Shown piece after piece: positions 26,956 to 34,396 of a stretch of DNA of 64,000 bases. Made by a program: the position numbers and the translations under genes. The notes below the pieces were generated by a model. The model saw nothing but the letters and a program-made list of their open reading frames with translations. It was not told the DNA's origin and made no database searches. Within the stretch, counting starts at the first letter, position 1. Every line of letters starts with the position of its first letter. The stretch comes from an uncultured Candidatus Saccharibacteria bacterium (GTDB taxonomy: Bacteria > Patescibacteriota > Saccharimonadia > CAZBQI01): positions 3,126 to 67,125 of the forward strand of contig CAZBQI010000001.1 of assembly GCA_964494105.1 (NCBI GenBank), given 5' to 3'.

Positions 26956-27168
26956 AACTTGTTATTAATATTGTGCTTGAATCTTTAATTTTAGTAACTA
27001 GAGTTTCTATTTTTCCCTAAGTATAGCTAAACTAAAGCGAGTTAGGCAAGCCAAGAATTAGTAGCAGGTATCATGAAGCCAGTAGCCAGTATAAATGGCA
27101 AAACCCTAACATTTTATCTAACGACAAGCCACTGCATTTCGTGCTAAATCAAACTTGATACTCACTGC

Positions 27169-27855
27169 TTGCTACTAGATACTGATGTGGTGATAATTGA
27201 CAGTGTTCTTGATTTAATTGCTCCATTTTCTTGCGTTAAATGCCACAACGAAGGCGAATTAGTCTGCGATAGCTGTAAACGGACATTATCTAAGCCCAAA
27301 AAATCAACCTGTGCCCTGTGCAATTCGCTTACCAACAACTTTCGCTTATGCAAACGTTGCCAACATCAAACCAAGCTTCGAGGGGTTTTGGTGGCATCAC
27401 ATTATGAGGGCGAGGTAAAACAGCTGATTCAAATGCTCAAATACGAACGAGCTATGCGGGCGGCTAATTACTTGGCAGAGTTGCTAGTTCCGCAGGTAAA
27501 GCCCCGAGATTATGATTATATTTCTTGGGCACCGGTGAGTTCACGACGGTTTCGCCAGCGCGGGTATAATCAGGCTAAGTTGATTGCTAAACAAATTGCC
27601 GCTCAAACCAAAGTTCCCTATATAGAAACACTTGGGCGCCTGGGGCACGCGCGCCAAGTAGGAACCGGTCGCAAGCTAAGAACACAGCAGTTAAAGGGCA
27701 GTATGTACGCAGTTAAACCAGAGCGCTTTAAAAGCAAACGAATAGTAATAGTTGATGATGTGCTAACAACCGGGGCAACCCTAAGCGAGTGCGCGAATGT
27801 GCTCATGGCAGCGGGCGCAAAATCGGTTTGGGGCGCAGCCGTTGCCAAGCACTAA
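27169..27855 (+). CDS. comFC: ComF family protein (ComFC-like phosphoribosyltransferase with N-terminal zinc ribbon); DNA-uptake/competence-associated
   Basis: 228 aa; four CxxC pairs (CVKC..CDSC..CALC..CKRC); PRTase motif RIVIVDDVLTTGATLSECANVL. Confidence 0.75.
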   Translation: MLLDTDVVIIDSVLDLIAPFSCVKCHNEGELVCDSCKRTLSKPKKSTCALCNSLTNNFRLCKRCQHQTKLRGVLVASHYEGEVKQLIQMLKYERAMRAANYLAELLVPQVKPRDYDYISWAPVSSRRFRQRGYNQAKLIAKQIAAQTKVPYIETLGRLGHARQVGTGRKLRTQQLKGSMYAVKPERFKSKRIVIVDDVLTTGATLSECANVLMAAGAKSVWGAAVAKH

Positions 27856-27881
27856 TAGTAACCATATAATTACAGCGATAC

Positions 27882-27971
27882 GGAGGGGTGACCGAGCGGT
27901 TGATGGTGCTAGTCTTGAAAACTAGTGTGCCGGAAACGGTACCGTGGGTTCGAATCCCACCCCCTCCGCCA
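27882..27971 (+). tRNA. tRNA-Ser (anticodon TGA), CCA encoded
   Basis: ggaggggtg acc gagcggttgat ggt; anticodon stem-loop ctagt-cttgaaa-actag; long variable arm; T-arm gtggg-ttcgaat-cccac; 3' cccctccgcca. Confidence 0.9.
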
Positions 27972-28106
27972 TCCTCCGTCGTTTGCCTTCCGGGCAAACT
28001 ATGGAGGATAGTTGAAAGGTATGAGAACCCAAACTGCGCAGCAGGGGGTTCGTTAATTTAGCCAGCGCGCAAGAATTTATTCTGAGCACTGGCGCGAATT
28101 AGCCAT

Positions 28107-28124
28107 ATCCCACCCCCTCCGCCA
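28107..28124 (+). repeat. Exact 18-nt direct repeat of the tRNA-Ser(TGA) 3' end (atcccaccccctccgcca; first copy 27954-27971) 135 bp downstream of the tRNA; att-like scar
   Basis: Identical 18-mer read directly at both positions; lies ~30 nt upstream of the SDR gene start. Confidence 0.8.
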
Positions 28125-28154
28125 GCAAGATAATATTTGTTAATGAGGAAGAAT

Positions 28155-28910
28155 ATGAATAAAGACAACTTTGCTCTTATTACCGGTGGCAGCTCTGGAA
28201 TTGGTGCAGCCGTTGCCCAGCTTTTGGCTAAAGAGGGTAAAAACCTCATTTTGGTTGCACGTCGGAAAGATAAGCTCAACGAGATAAAAGCGGATATTGA
28301 GGATAAATATAAGATCACTGTTCAGGTTTATGGTGTAGATCTTAGCGGCACAGATAAAATAGAAGAGTTATTTAACGAGATCAAAAATGTTGACGTTGAT
28401 GTCTTTATAAACAATGCCGGCTTGGCGCTTAGCAAAACCTCATTCGAGGATTACGCCTGGGAAGACTTTAACCAGATGATAGAAATTAACATCAAGGCGT
28501 TTACGCGTGTTGCCCAGCTGGCCATTCCCCATTTAAAGAAAACAACCGGCCATATTGTGAATATTAGCTCGGTTGCAGGGGTAGAAGCGTACGAGGGTGG
28601 TTCGGTTTACTGCGCTTCAAAAGCTTATGTAAGGATGATTAGTAGTGCGCTACGGATAGATTTAATGGGAACGGGGATTCGCGTAACAGATATTGCCCCC
28701 GGTGCAGTCGAAACAGAATTCTCACAAGTGCGCTTTAAAGGAGATACTGAACTGGCCAAGAAAGTGTACGAAGGGTTTACGCCACTGGTTGCTACAGATA
28801 TTGCCGAGGCAATTGTTTTTGCCCTCTCGCGGCCAAAGAGCGTGGACATACAGTACATGCAGATAATGCCAACTGCCCAGGCCAGCGCCACTCGGATTGC
28901 TAAAGAATAG
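28155..28910 (+). CDS. Short-chain dehydrogenase/reductase (SDR) family oxidoreductase (start at MNKDNF with GAGGAAG RBS)
   Basis: TGGSSGIGAAVAQ Rossmann motif; NNAG; catalytic YCASKAYV. Confidence 0.85.
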   Translation: MNKDNFALITGGSSGIGAAVAQLLAKEGKNLILVARRKDKLNEIKADIEDKYKITVQVYGVDLSGTDKIEELFNEIKNVDVDVFINNAGLALSKTSFEDYAWEDFNQMIEINIKAFTRVAQLAIPHLKKTTGHIVNISSVAGVEAYEGGSVYCASKAYVRMISSALRIDLMGTGIRVTDIAPGAVETEFSQVRFKGDTELAKKVYEGFTPLVATDIAEAIVFALSRPKSVDIQYMQIMPTAQASATRIAKE

Positions 28911-29736
28911 CCTTTGTTTCGGCTACATCATGCGTGCGGATAATATCGGCGCCGTTTTTGGCTGCAAGTTTAGCTGCAGCCAAAGAGGGCTCGAGCCGCT
29001 CACCTACAGATAGTTTCCCACCTTTGCTTAAAAACCCCTTGCGTGATGCGCCAACCAGAATCCGATATTGGCTAAACCGCTGCTTTAACTCGCGTAAACG
29101 CTCTAATATCTCAAAACTATATTTTGGATCACCGCTTACAAACGCGCCCATGCCGGGGTCGAGTACAATTTGGCTTTCCGCTATTCCATTTAATAATGCG
29201 TAAGCAATGCGTTGCTGCCAAAAATCACCAATTGTTTTTATTACATCGTCGTAGCGCAATAAATTGTTATTCGTTCTGGTTTTATTGCCATTCGCCTGCA
29301 AAGCAACGGCTGCATACATTATGCAGACATCAATTTTAGAGCCTGCCACTAATTGTGCCATGCCCTTACTACCACGCAGCCCGCTGACGTCGTTGAGCAT
29401 ATCTATTCCAAAGTTGAGTGCTTTGGCTAAAACATCACTTTTATAGGTATCGACTGAAACTTTGAAATTGAGTTTCTGTTTTAGTTCTTGGGCAAGCTTG
29501 AGTGCCGGTTCTATTCTTGCCCATTCCTCATTGGCAGAAATATCTTGGCTGCCAGGGCCGGTGCTTTCGCCCCCTATGTCCAAAATGTCTGCCCCTGCAT
29601 TAATGGTTAATTTGAGGTGTTGGCGTAAGTCCTGTTCGCCACCGGACTTTTGGAGACGGCTAGCGTAAAGGCTATCTGGCGTCATGTTAATTACGGCCAT
29701 TAATTGGGGTTGTCTCATTGGCTTAAACTGATCCAA
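28900..29736 (-). CDS. folP: Dihydropteroate synthase
   Basis: 278 aa; ILDIGGESTGPG and GADIIRTHDV pterin-binding motifs. Confidence 0.88.
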   Translation of the reverse strand: MDQFKPMRQPQLMAVINMTPDSLYASRLQKSGGEQDLRQHLKLTINAGADILDIGGESTGPGSQDISANEEWARIEPALKLAQELKQKLNFKVSVDTYKSDVLAKALNFGIDMLNDVSGLRGSKGMAQLVAGSKIDVCIMYAAVALQANGNKTRTNNNLLRYDDVIKTIGDFWQQRIAYALLNGIAESQIVLDPGMGAFVSGDPKYSFEILERLRELKQRFSQYRILVGASRKGFLSKGGKLSVGERLEPSLAAAKLAAKNGADIIRTHDVAETKAIL

Positions 29737-30541
29737 ATGTTTTTAGCTTGTATAAATCTTGGATTTTTTTGGTAAAGGTGCCCGGAACCTTAAATACGTG
29801 CTCATCAAGTATCGCTACAGGCACCACACCGCGAACAGTACTGGTAATGAACATTTCGTCAGCCCCGAAAAATTCACTTAAACTTACTTCGCGCTCATCT
29901 GTCGGCATCAGGTTAGAAGCTACGTGCAAGACAATACTGCGCGTGATTCCGCCCAATATATACTTTGCCGGAGTGATGAGTTTGCCCGATTTTACCGCAA
30001 ATATATTACAAAAACTGCCTTCTCTAGTGTAGTTATCGGTGCCTACCAATAACGCCTCGTCTGCCCCCTTTTTGTGGGCGTATTGTTGAGCCAAAATGTT
30101 GGCGATCATTGAGGTAGATTTTATTTCTGGTGCGGTTCGGGCAATTTTATAACTCACCATTGTTAACGGTTTTAGCTCATCATTTTTAATGGCTTTGGCC
30201 GTAATTAAAATCGTTGGCTGGCCGGCTTTATTGACGACGAAGTTTGCTGAGCCGGCGGTGAGGGTTATGCGAATACGCAGATCATCACCCTTAAAACAGC
30301 AATTTTTTTGCACTAAATCTTCTAGCACGGTGTCGAGCTCGGCTTTTGCAATTGGCATGGGAATTTGCAGAGAACGAGCGGATATCTTAAGGCGTTCAAA
30401 GTGCTCGTGTACGTACTTGAGTTGGCCGTTGTAAGTGCGCAGTGTTTCGTAAACACCATGACCAAATAAGAACCCGGCATCGCTGATTGGGGTTGTAGCC
30501 GATTCCTCGTCTAGATATTGGCCATTTAAGTAGATAAACAT
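29723..30541 (-). CDS. Class IV (fold type IV) aminotransferase, PabC-like 4-amino-4-deoxychorismate lyase or branched-chain/D-amino-acid aminotransferase; start corrected to MFIYLNG (ORF-track start at 30835 would run through a tRNA gene)
   Basis: MFIYLNGQYLDEESATTPISDAGFLFGHGVYETLRTY..; ATG (cat) at 30539-30541; adjacent to folP. Confidence 0.75.
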   Translation of the reverse strand: MFIYLNGQYLDEESATTPISDAGFLFGHGVYETLRTYNGQLKYVHEHFERLKISARSLQIPMPIAKAELDTVLEDLVQKNCCFKGDDLRIRITLTAGSANFVVNKAGQPTILITAKAIKNDELKPLTMVSYKIARTAPEIKSTSMIANILAQQYAHKKGADEALLVGTDNYTREGSFCNIFAVKSGKLITPAKYILGGITRSIVLHVASNLMPTDEREVSLSEFFGADEMFITSTVRGVVPVAILDEHVFKVPGTFTKKIQDLYKLKTFGSV

Positions 30542-30636
30542 AAAATTTACACCTTTGAACGCATAGTAACACAGAATTGATATGCTACAATAACCTCTGT
30601 TACTTTGCGAACATTTACTTTTGCGAAGCATGCAGA

Positions 30637-30729
30637 TGGAGAGGTACCCAAGAGGCTGAAGGGGCTGGTTTGCTAAACCGGTAGGTCGGGGAAACCTGGC
30701 GCGGGAGTTCGAATCTCCCCCTCTCCGCC
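30637..30729 (+). tRNA. tRNA-Ser (anticodon GCT), CCA encoded
   Basis: ggagaggtacccaagaggctgaagg...ctggt-ttgctaa-accgg (one G-U pair), long variable arm, gagttcgaatctc T-arm, cctctccgcca. Confidence 0.85.
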
Positions 30730-30813
30730 AATTATTGATGGCAATAAACATCGTGAGTATGCACCGAGATAACGAGAGAGATAAACGCTTATGTCTGCTG
30801 TATAATACTTTGT

Positions 30814-31425
30814 ATGAATCCAGAGCAAGAAACAAAGTCGGGAAATCAAGCTGAAAAAAATGAGTTAGCTAAAAACATGTCGACAAGCTCAACACAGTCG
30901 TCAAGTAAGCTTGCCGAATCTGAAGCTAGCCCAGATAAGCAATTTGATGATGCCCCGGATCCTGAGGCTGAGCTTTTTGCTTGGGAGGCGTCGGAATATA
31001 TTGAACATAATCGCAATGCGATGTGGTATGTGATTTTTACAGTGGTGACAATATTGTTGGCTGGTGGCTCGGTAGTTTTACTGCGCGAATGGCTGGGAGG
31101 CGTGGTGTTAATTCTGATGGCAATTGCAGTGCTTATGTTTGCGCGTCGACCCCCGAAAACCCTTAAGTGTAGCTTACAAAATAGTGGTATAAATGTTGGC
31201 GAGCGTTTTTATCCTTACGTTTCGTTTCGGTCATTCAGCTTAGTATCGGACGGAGCGCTAGAGAGTCTAGAGTTCGATCCGTTGAAGCGATTTATGCCAC
31301 GATTAAGCGTTTTCTTTGCACCTACCGACGAAGCGAAAGTACTGAGCGTTCTATCTTCGCGTCTTCCACAGGGCGACCGAGAGCAAGACGTTGTTGATCG
31401 ATTAGCGCGTAAACTTAAAATTTAG
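30814..31425 (+). CDS. Hypothetical membrane protein with two adjacent TM helices (start uncertain, possibly M at 30877)
   Basis: MWYVIFTVVTILLAGGSVVLLREWLGGVVLILMAIAVLMFA. Confidence 0.5.
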   Translation: MNPEQETKSGNQAEKNELAKNMSTSSTQSSSKLAESEASPDKQFDDAPDPEAELFAWEASEYIEHNRNAMWYVIFTVVTILLAGGSVVLLREWLGGVVLILMAIAVLMFARRPPKTLKCSLQNSGINVGERFYPYVSFRSFSLVSDGALESLEFDPLKRFMPRLSVFFAPTDEAKVLSVLSSRLPQGDREQDVVDRLARKLKI

Positions 31426-31591
31426 GTGATCGCATCGCCATTAGCATGAATTTTAACCGGGCAGGCAACCCATCGACAGATACAAACGGCACTGCCCTTG
31501 ATCAGATCTTTAGCGATGTAATGGTTCAGCCGCATATTGCTTAGTTGTAGATTTTTTTTATGGTACGTACTTTGAGTCGATCAAGAACTAC

Positions 31592-31975
31592 TTAATGGTC
31601 TGGACGTAAATATAGTCGCCAAAGCGTTTTTAGATATCCGTGACGTAGGCTATAAACCAATGATGCTAAAAAGCCGACAGGGTCATTAATGGCAGTGTGT
31701 AGGTGCGCGCGTATTTCTTTGCCGTATCTACCAAGCCACAAGTGCTTGTCTTCAAAGTGATAAACTTCGTGTCGCAAAACAGCCCGCTTCACTCTCTTTG
31801 GTAAACCATTTATAAGATAAATTTTGCCGGCATAGTTATATCCTGAAATATAAAGACCAGATTCTTGAAATTTTTCGCCGTTGACGTAATTAATCGGGTA
31901 ATTTTTATCGTTCGCTCTATAGGTTACTTGCTTAGTAACTTTTAGAGTATCGGCAATATCGCTTAGTTTAGTCAT
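31592..31975 (-). CDS. Small hypothetical protein with HExxH motif (RHEVYHF); possible minimal zinc metallopeptidase-like protein
   Basis: 127 aa ORF between two tRNA genes; HEVYH read directly; no further family evidence. Confidence 0.35.
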   Translation of the reverse strand: MTKLSDIADTLKVTKQVTYRANDKNYPINYVNGEKFQESGLYISGYNYAGKIYLINGLPKRVKRAVLRHEVYHFEDKHLWLGRYGKEIRAHLHTAINDPVGFLASLVYSLRHGYLKTLWRLYLRPDH

Positions 31976-31991
31976 AAAGTAAAAAGCTAGT

Positions 31992-32006
31992 GGTACGCCC
32001 GACAGA
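31992..32006 (-). repeat. 15-nt exact repeat of the tRNA-Arg 3' end (tggtacgcccgacag; tRNA copy at 32143-32157), ~135 bp downstream of the tRNA in its own orientation
   Basis: Identical 15-mer (16 of 17 with flanks) read directly at both positions. Confidence 0.75.
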
Positions 32007-32142
32007 AGTAGCGGCTGCGCCTTCTCCGCTCAAAAGTGCTCGAAGTAAACTTCTGCGCGCTTTATCGCTTCGCCGAACCTCAACGGTTCGTATTCGCTAC
32101 GCGAATCTACCAGTGAAAAAGCCGGCACGCCGGCACTTTCAC

Positions 32143-32219
32143 TGGTACGCCCGACAGGATTCGAACCTGTGACCTCTGGCTCCGCAAGCCAACGCTCTAT
32201 CCAGCTGAGCTACGGGCGC
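32143..32219 (-). tRNA. tRNA-Arg (anticodon read as GCG), CCA encoded, followed by a GC hairpin + T-run terminator (32120-32140 on plus strand)
   Basis: Reverse complement GCGCCCGTAGCTCAGCTGGATAGAGCGTTGGCTTGCGGAGCCAGAGGTCACAGGTTCGAATCCTGTCGGGCGTACCA folds as canonical 77-nt cloverleaf; D-loop like E. coli tRNA-Arg. Confidence 0.8.
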
Positions 32220-32294
32220 TCGTCGCCATCTGCTTTCAGCATTCGTTTACAAAAAGATATTTTGCAAACTCTAGCTTCTCGCGATGTCTACTCT

Positions 32295-32330
32295 TAAATT
32301 AACAAGTAGCTATAGCTACTTGTTAATTTA
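32295..32330. promoter_or_regulatory. 36-bp perfect palindrome taaattaacaagtagcta|tagctacttgttaattta in the divergent region between tRNA-Arg (-) and the tRNA-Ser(CGA) locus (+)
   Basis: Both 18-nt half-sites are exact reverse complements, read directly. Confidence 0.7.
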
Positions 32331-32394
32331 GTATAAGTAAGGACAAATACTATCATATCAGATAAAGAGTTACGCTATAATTACACCAGAATGA

Positions 32395-32431
32395 GGAGAG
32401 GTGACCGAGCGGTTGAAGGTGCTGCTTCGAT
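32395..32431 (+). pseudogene. 5' fragment of a tRNA-Ser-like gene (acceptor + D-arm + start of anticodon stem), no 3' half
   Basis: ggagaggtgaccgagcggttgaaggtgctgct is near-identical to the first 30 nt of tRNA-Ser(TGA) at 27882; followed by two perfect hairpins (32434-32456, 32462-32490) then an intact tRNA. Confidence 0.6.
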
Positions 32432-32509
32432 CAATGTCAAACAATTTGTTTGACATGAGTAGCTTGCTGTTACAATTTAAAACAGCAAGCGCTAAAGCAG
32501 TGCAAATAT

Positions 32510-32599
32510 GGAGAGGTGCTGGAGCGGTTGAACAGGACGGTCTCGAAAACCGTTGGTCATTTCGGTGACCCGTGGGTTCGAATCCCACCCTCTCCGCCA
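32510..32599 (+). tRNA. tRNA-Ser (anticodon CGA), CCA encoded
   Basis: ggagaggtgctggagcggttgaacagg; acggt-ctcgaaa-accgt; long variable arm; gtggg-ttcgaat-cccac; cctctccgcca. Confidence 0.88.
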
Positions 32600-32609
32600 A
32601 GGTTGAACT

Positions 32610-33200
32610 ATGACAAATATATATCTAACACTTGGTATACTCAGCGGGCTTCTAATTATTGTGGCCGATATTCCCTACGCCCTCGACTCGCTCAAGGGCA
32701 AAACTAAGCCCCACCGAATAACTTGGGGGACTATTTGTTTATTAAACATAATCGGTATTGCCAATCAGGCTGCCAGTGGAGCCAAAGGTTCGCTTGGTTT
32801 ATTTATTGGAATGGCTTTGGCAACGGCTGTTATTTTTGCAATATCACTTTTTAAGGGCGTTGGTGGCCACACCAAGCTTGATATTGCCTGCCTAATAGGT
32901 GCCGGACTAGGATTGCTACTTTGGTACGCGCTCAAAACACCGACTGCGTCGATTATTGCTAATTTATTTGTTGCTACTTTCGCGATGATACCAACACTAC
33001 AGAAGGCCTATGTTGCGCCCGGTAGCGAAACTAGAATTACCTGGCTTATAGGCACGCTGGCGGCTTGTCTGGGAATATTAGCTGTTAATAGCTCAAGCGG
33101 TATACTGTATGTAATGCCGGTATATGCTGCATTGTCGCAACTTGCAGTATATTTAATACTGGTTCTTAAGAATAATTCGGGGAGTATAAATGAACGATAA
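32610..33200 (+). CDS. Hypothetical polytopic membrane protein (about 6 TM helices)
   Basis: 196 aa, hydrophobic throughout (LTLGILSGLLIIVADI, ITWGTICLLNIIGIANQAA, LFIGMALATAVIFAISLF, IACLIGAGLGLLLWYAL ...). Confidence 0.55.
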   Translation: MTNIYLTLGILSGLLIIVADIPYALDSLKGKTKPHRITWGTICLLNIIGIANQAASGAKGSLGLFIGMALATAVIFAISLFKGVGGHTKLDIACLIGAGLGLLLWYALKTPTASIIANLFVATFAMIPTLQKAYVAPGSETRITWLIGTLAACLGILAVNSSSGILYVMPVYAALSQLAVYLILVLKNNSGSINER

Positions 33201-34143
33201 TCCACAGATTGTAGTAGCCGGCTCAATTGCGTTTGACCGGATTATGAATTACGCCGGTCGATTTAAAGACGTCATTAAGCCGGAGAAAATTCATGTGTTA
33301 TCTTTGAGCATATTGCTCGACAAAATCGAGGACACACGTGGAGGTATCGCAGCGAATATTGCTTACAACTTAGCCCTACTCAAAGAAAACCCGGTGCTAC
33401 TGGGCAGTATTGGACCAGATGGTTCAATCTACGTTGAACATATGCAGAGGCTGGGGGTGAACATCGATTATTTGCATTTTAGCGAATTGCCCACAGCTAC
33501 TTTTAATGTTTTTACCGACAAAGACGACAATCAAATTGGTGGTTTTTATGGTGGCGCCATGAATGATAGCGCTCGACTTACTCTTGAGCCCTGGTACAAC
33601 AGTAATTCAATAATTGTTATTTCTCCCCATCACCCACCGGCCATGCGTCGTCAATTGGCCGAGGCCAAGACGCATAATATGCGCGTGGTTTACGATATAT
33701 CTCAGCAGGTGGCTAACTGTCCGGTCGAAGATCTGCGGGCAGGCATTGAGGTTGCTGAACTAGTTGTAGTAAACGACTACGAAGCGGCTATGCTGTTTGA
33801 GCGTTCCGGTTATTCGCAAAAGGAAGTTATTGATATGTTGGATGTTTTGGTAATAACCAGAGGTAAGGAAGGTTCAGATATATATGCACACAAGTACAAG
33901 CCACTAAAAGTAAAAGCTGTATTATCAGACAACCAACAAGACCCAACCGGTGCCGGTGACGCCTATCGAGCCGGTTTCTTGTATGGCTATGTGCGAAGTT
34001 GGGATTTAGAAATCTGCGGGCAAATGGGCGCAGTGGCGGCCTCGTTTGCGGTAGAAGAACACGGAACGCAGAAGCACTATTTCGATATCGAGGGTTACAA
34101 ACAACGATACAAAGAAAGTTTTGGGCAAGAAATATCATTATAG
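33190..34143 (+). CDS. PfkB-family carbohydrate/nucleoside kinase (candidate adenosine kinase given the adjacent ahcY)
   Basis: 317 aa; C-terminal anion-hole/ATP motif DPTGAGDAYRAGFLYG; N-terminal GS..D typical of ribokinase fold. Confidence 0.75.
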   Translation: MNDNPQIVVAGSIAFDRIMNYAGRFKDVIKPEKIHVLSLSILLDKIEDTRGGIAANIAYNLALLKENPVLLGSIGPDGSIYVEHMQRLGVNIDYLHFSELPTATFNVFTDKDDNQIGGFYGGAMNDSARLTLEPWYNSNSIIVISPHHPPAMRRQLAEAKTHNMRVVYDISQQVANCPVEDLRAGIEVAELVVVNDYEAAMLFERSGYSQKEVIDMLDVLVITRGKEGSDIYAHKYKPLKVKAVLSDNQQDPTGAGDAYRAGFLYGYVRSWDLEICGQMGAVAASFAVEEHGTQKHYFDIEGYKQRYKESFGQEISL

Positions 34144-34396
34144 TTTTATTAAATAACTTTTGGGTGCAAAAGTAACAAAACTTTCCGAATAGGACGAAAT
34201 ACTCGATGTAAATGTTTCTCTTCAAGAAGCAGGAACCTGCGGTACTCTGCACCTAAGGCGCTATCGGACAGTCCTCGATTCTTGCATCTTTCACTAGCAC
34301 ATTTACTCGTGATCTCTCTATATTCGGGTTTAGGATTAAGTCTTATAAGTTCAATAATTACTTGCTACAGACAGCATGATACTTGATACTAATAAG

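Noticed and set aside
26956-27168. CIRCE/heat-shock operator upstream of hsp20
   Set aside because: No TTAGCACTC-N9-GAGTGCTAA-like inverted repeat found; only AT-rich sequence.
27972-28124. Whether the tRNA 3'-end repeats form tRNA-like (acceptor/T-arm mimic) structures
   Set aside because: No upstream complementary 5' acceptor strand or T-stem partner is present in any of the three intervals; they look like bare att-like direct repeats.
32395-32599. Possibility that the tRNA 5' fragment plus downstream tRNA form one intron-containing tRNA
   Set aside because: The downstream tRNA-Ser(CGA) is complete on its own. The ~80-nt spacer is too short for a group I intron, and no 3' half matching the fragment exists before the next acceptor stem.
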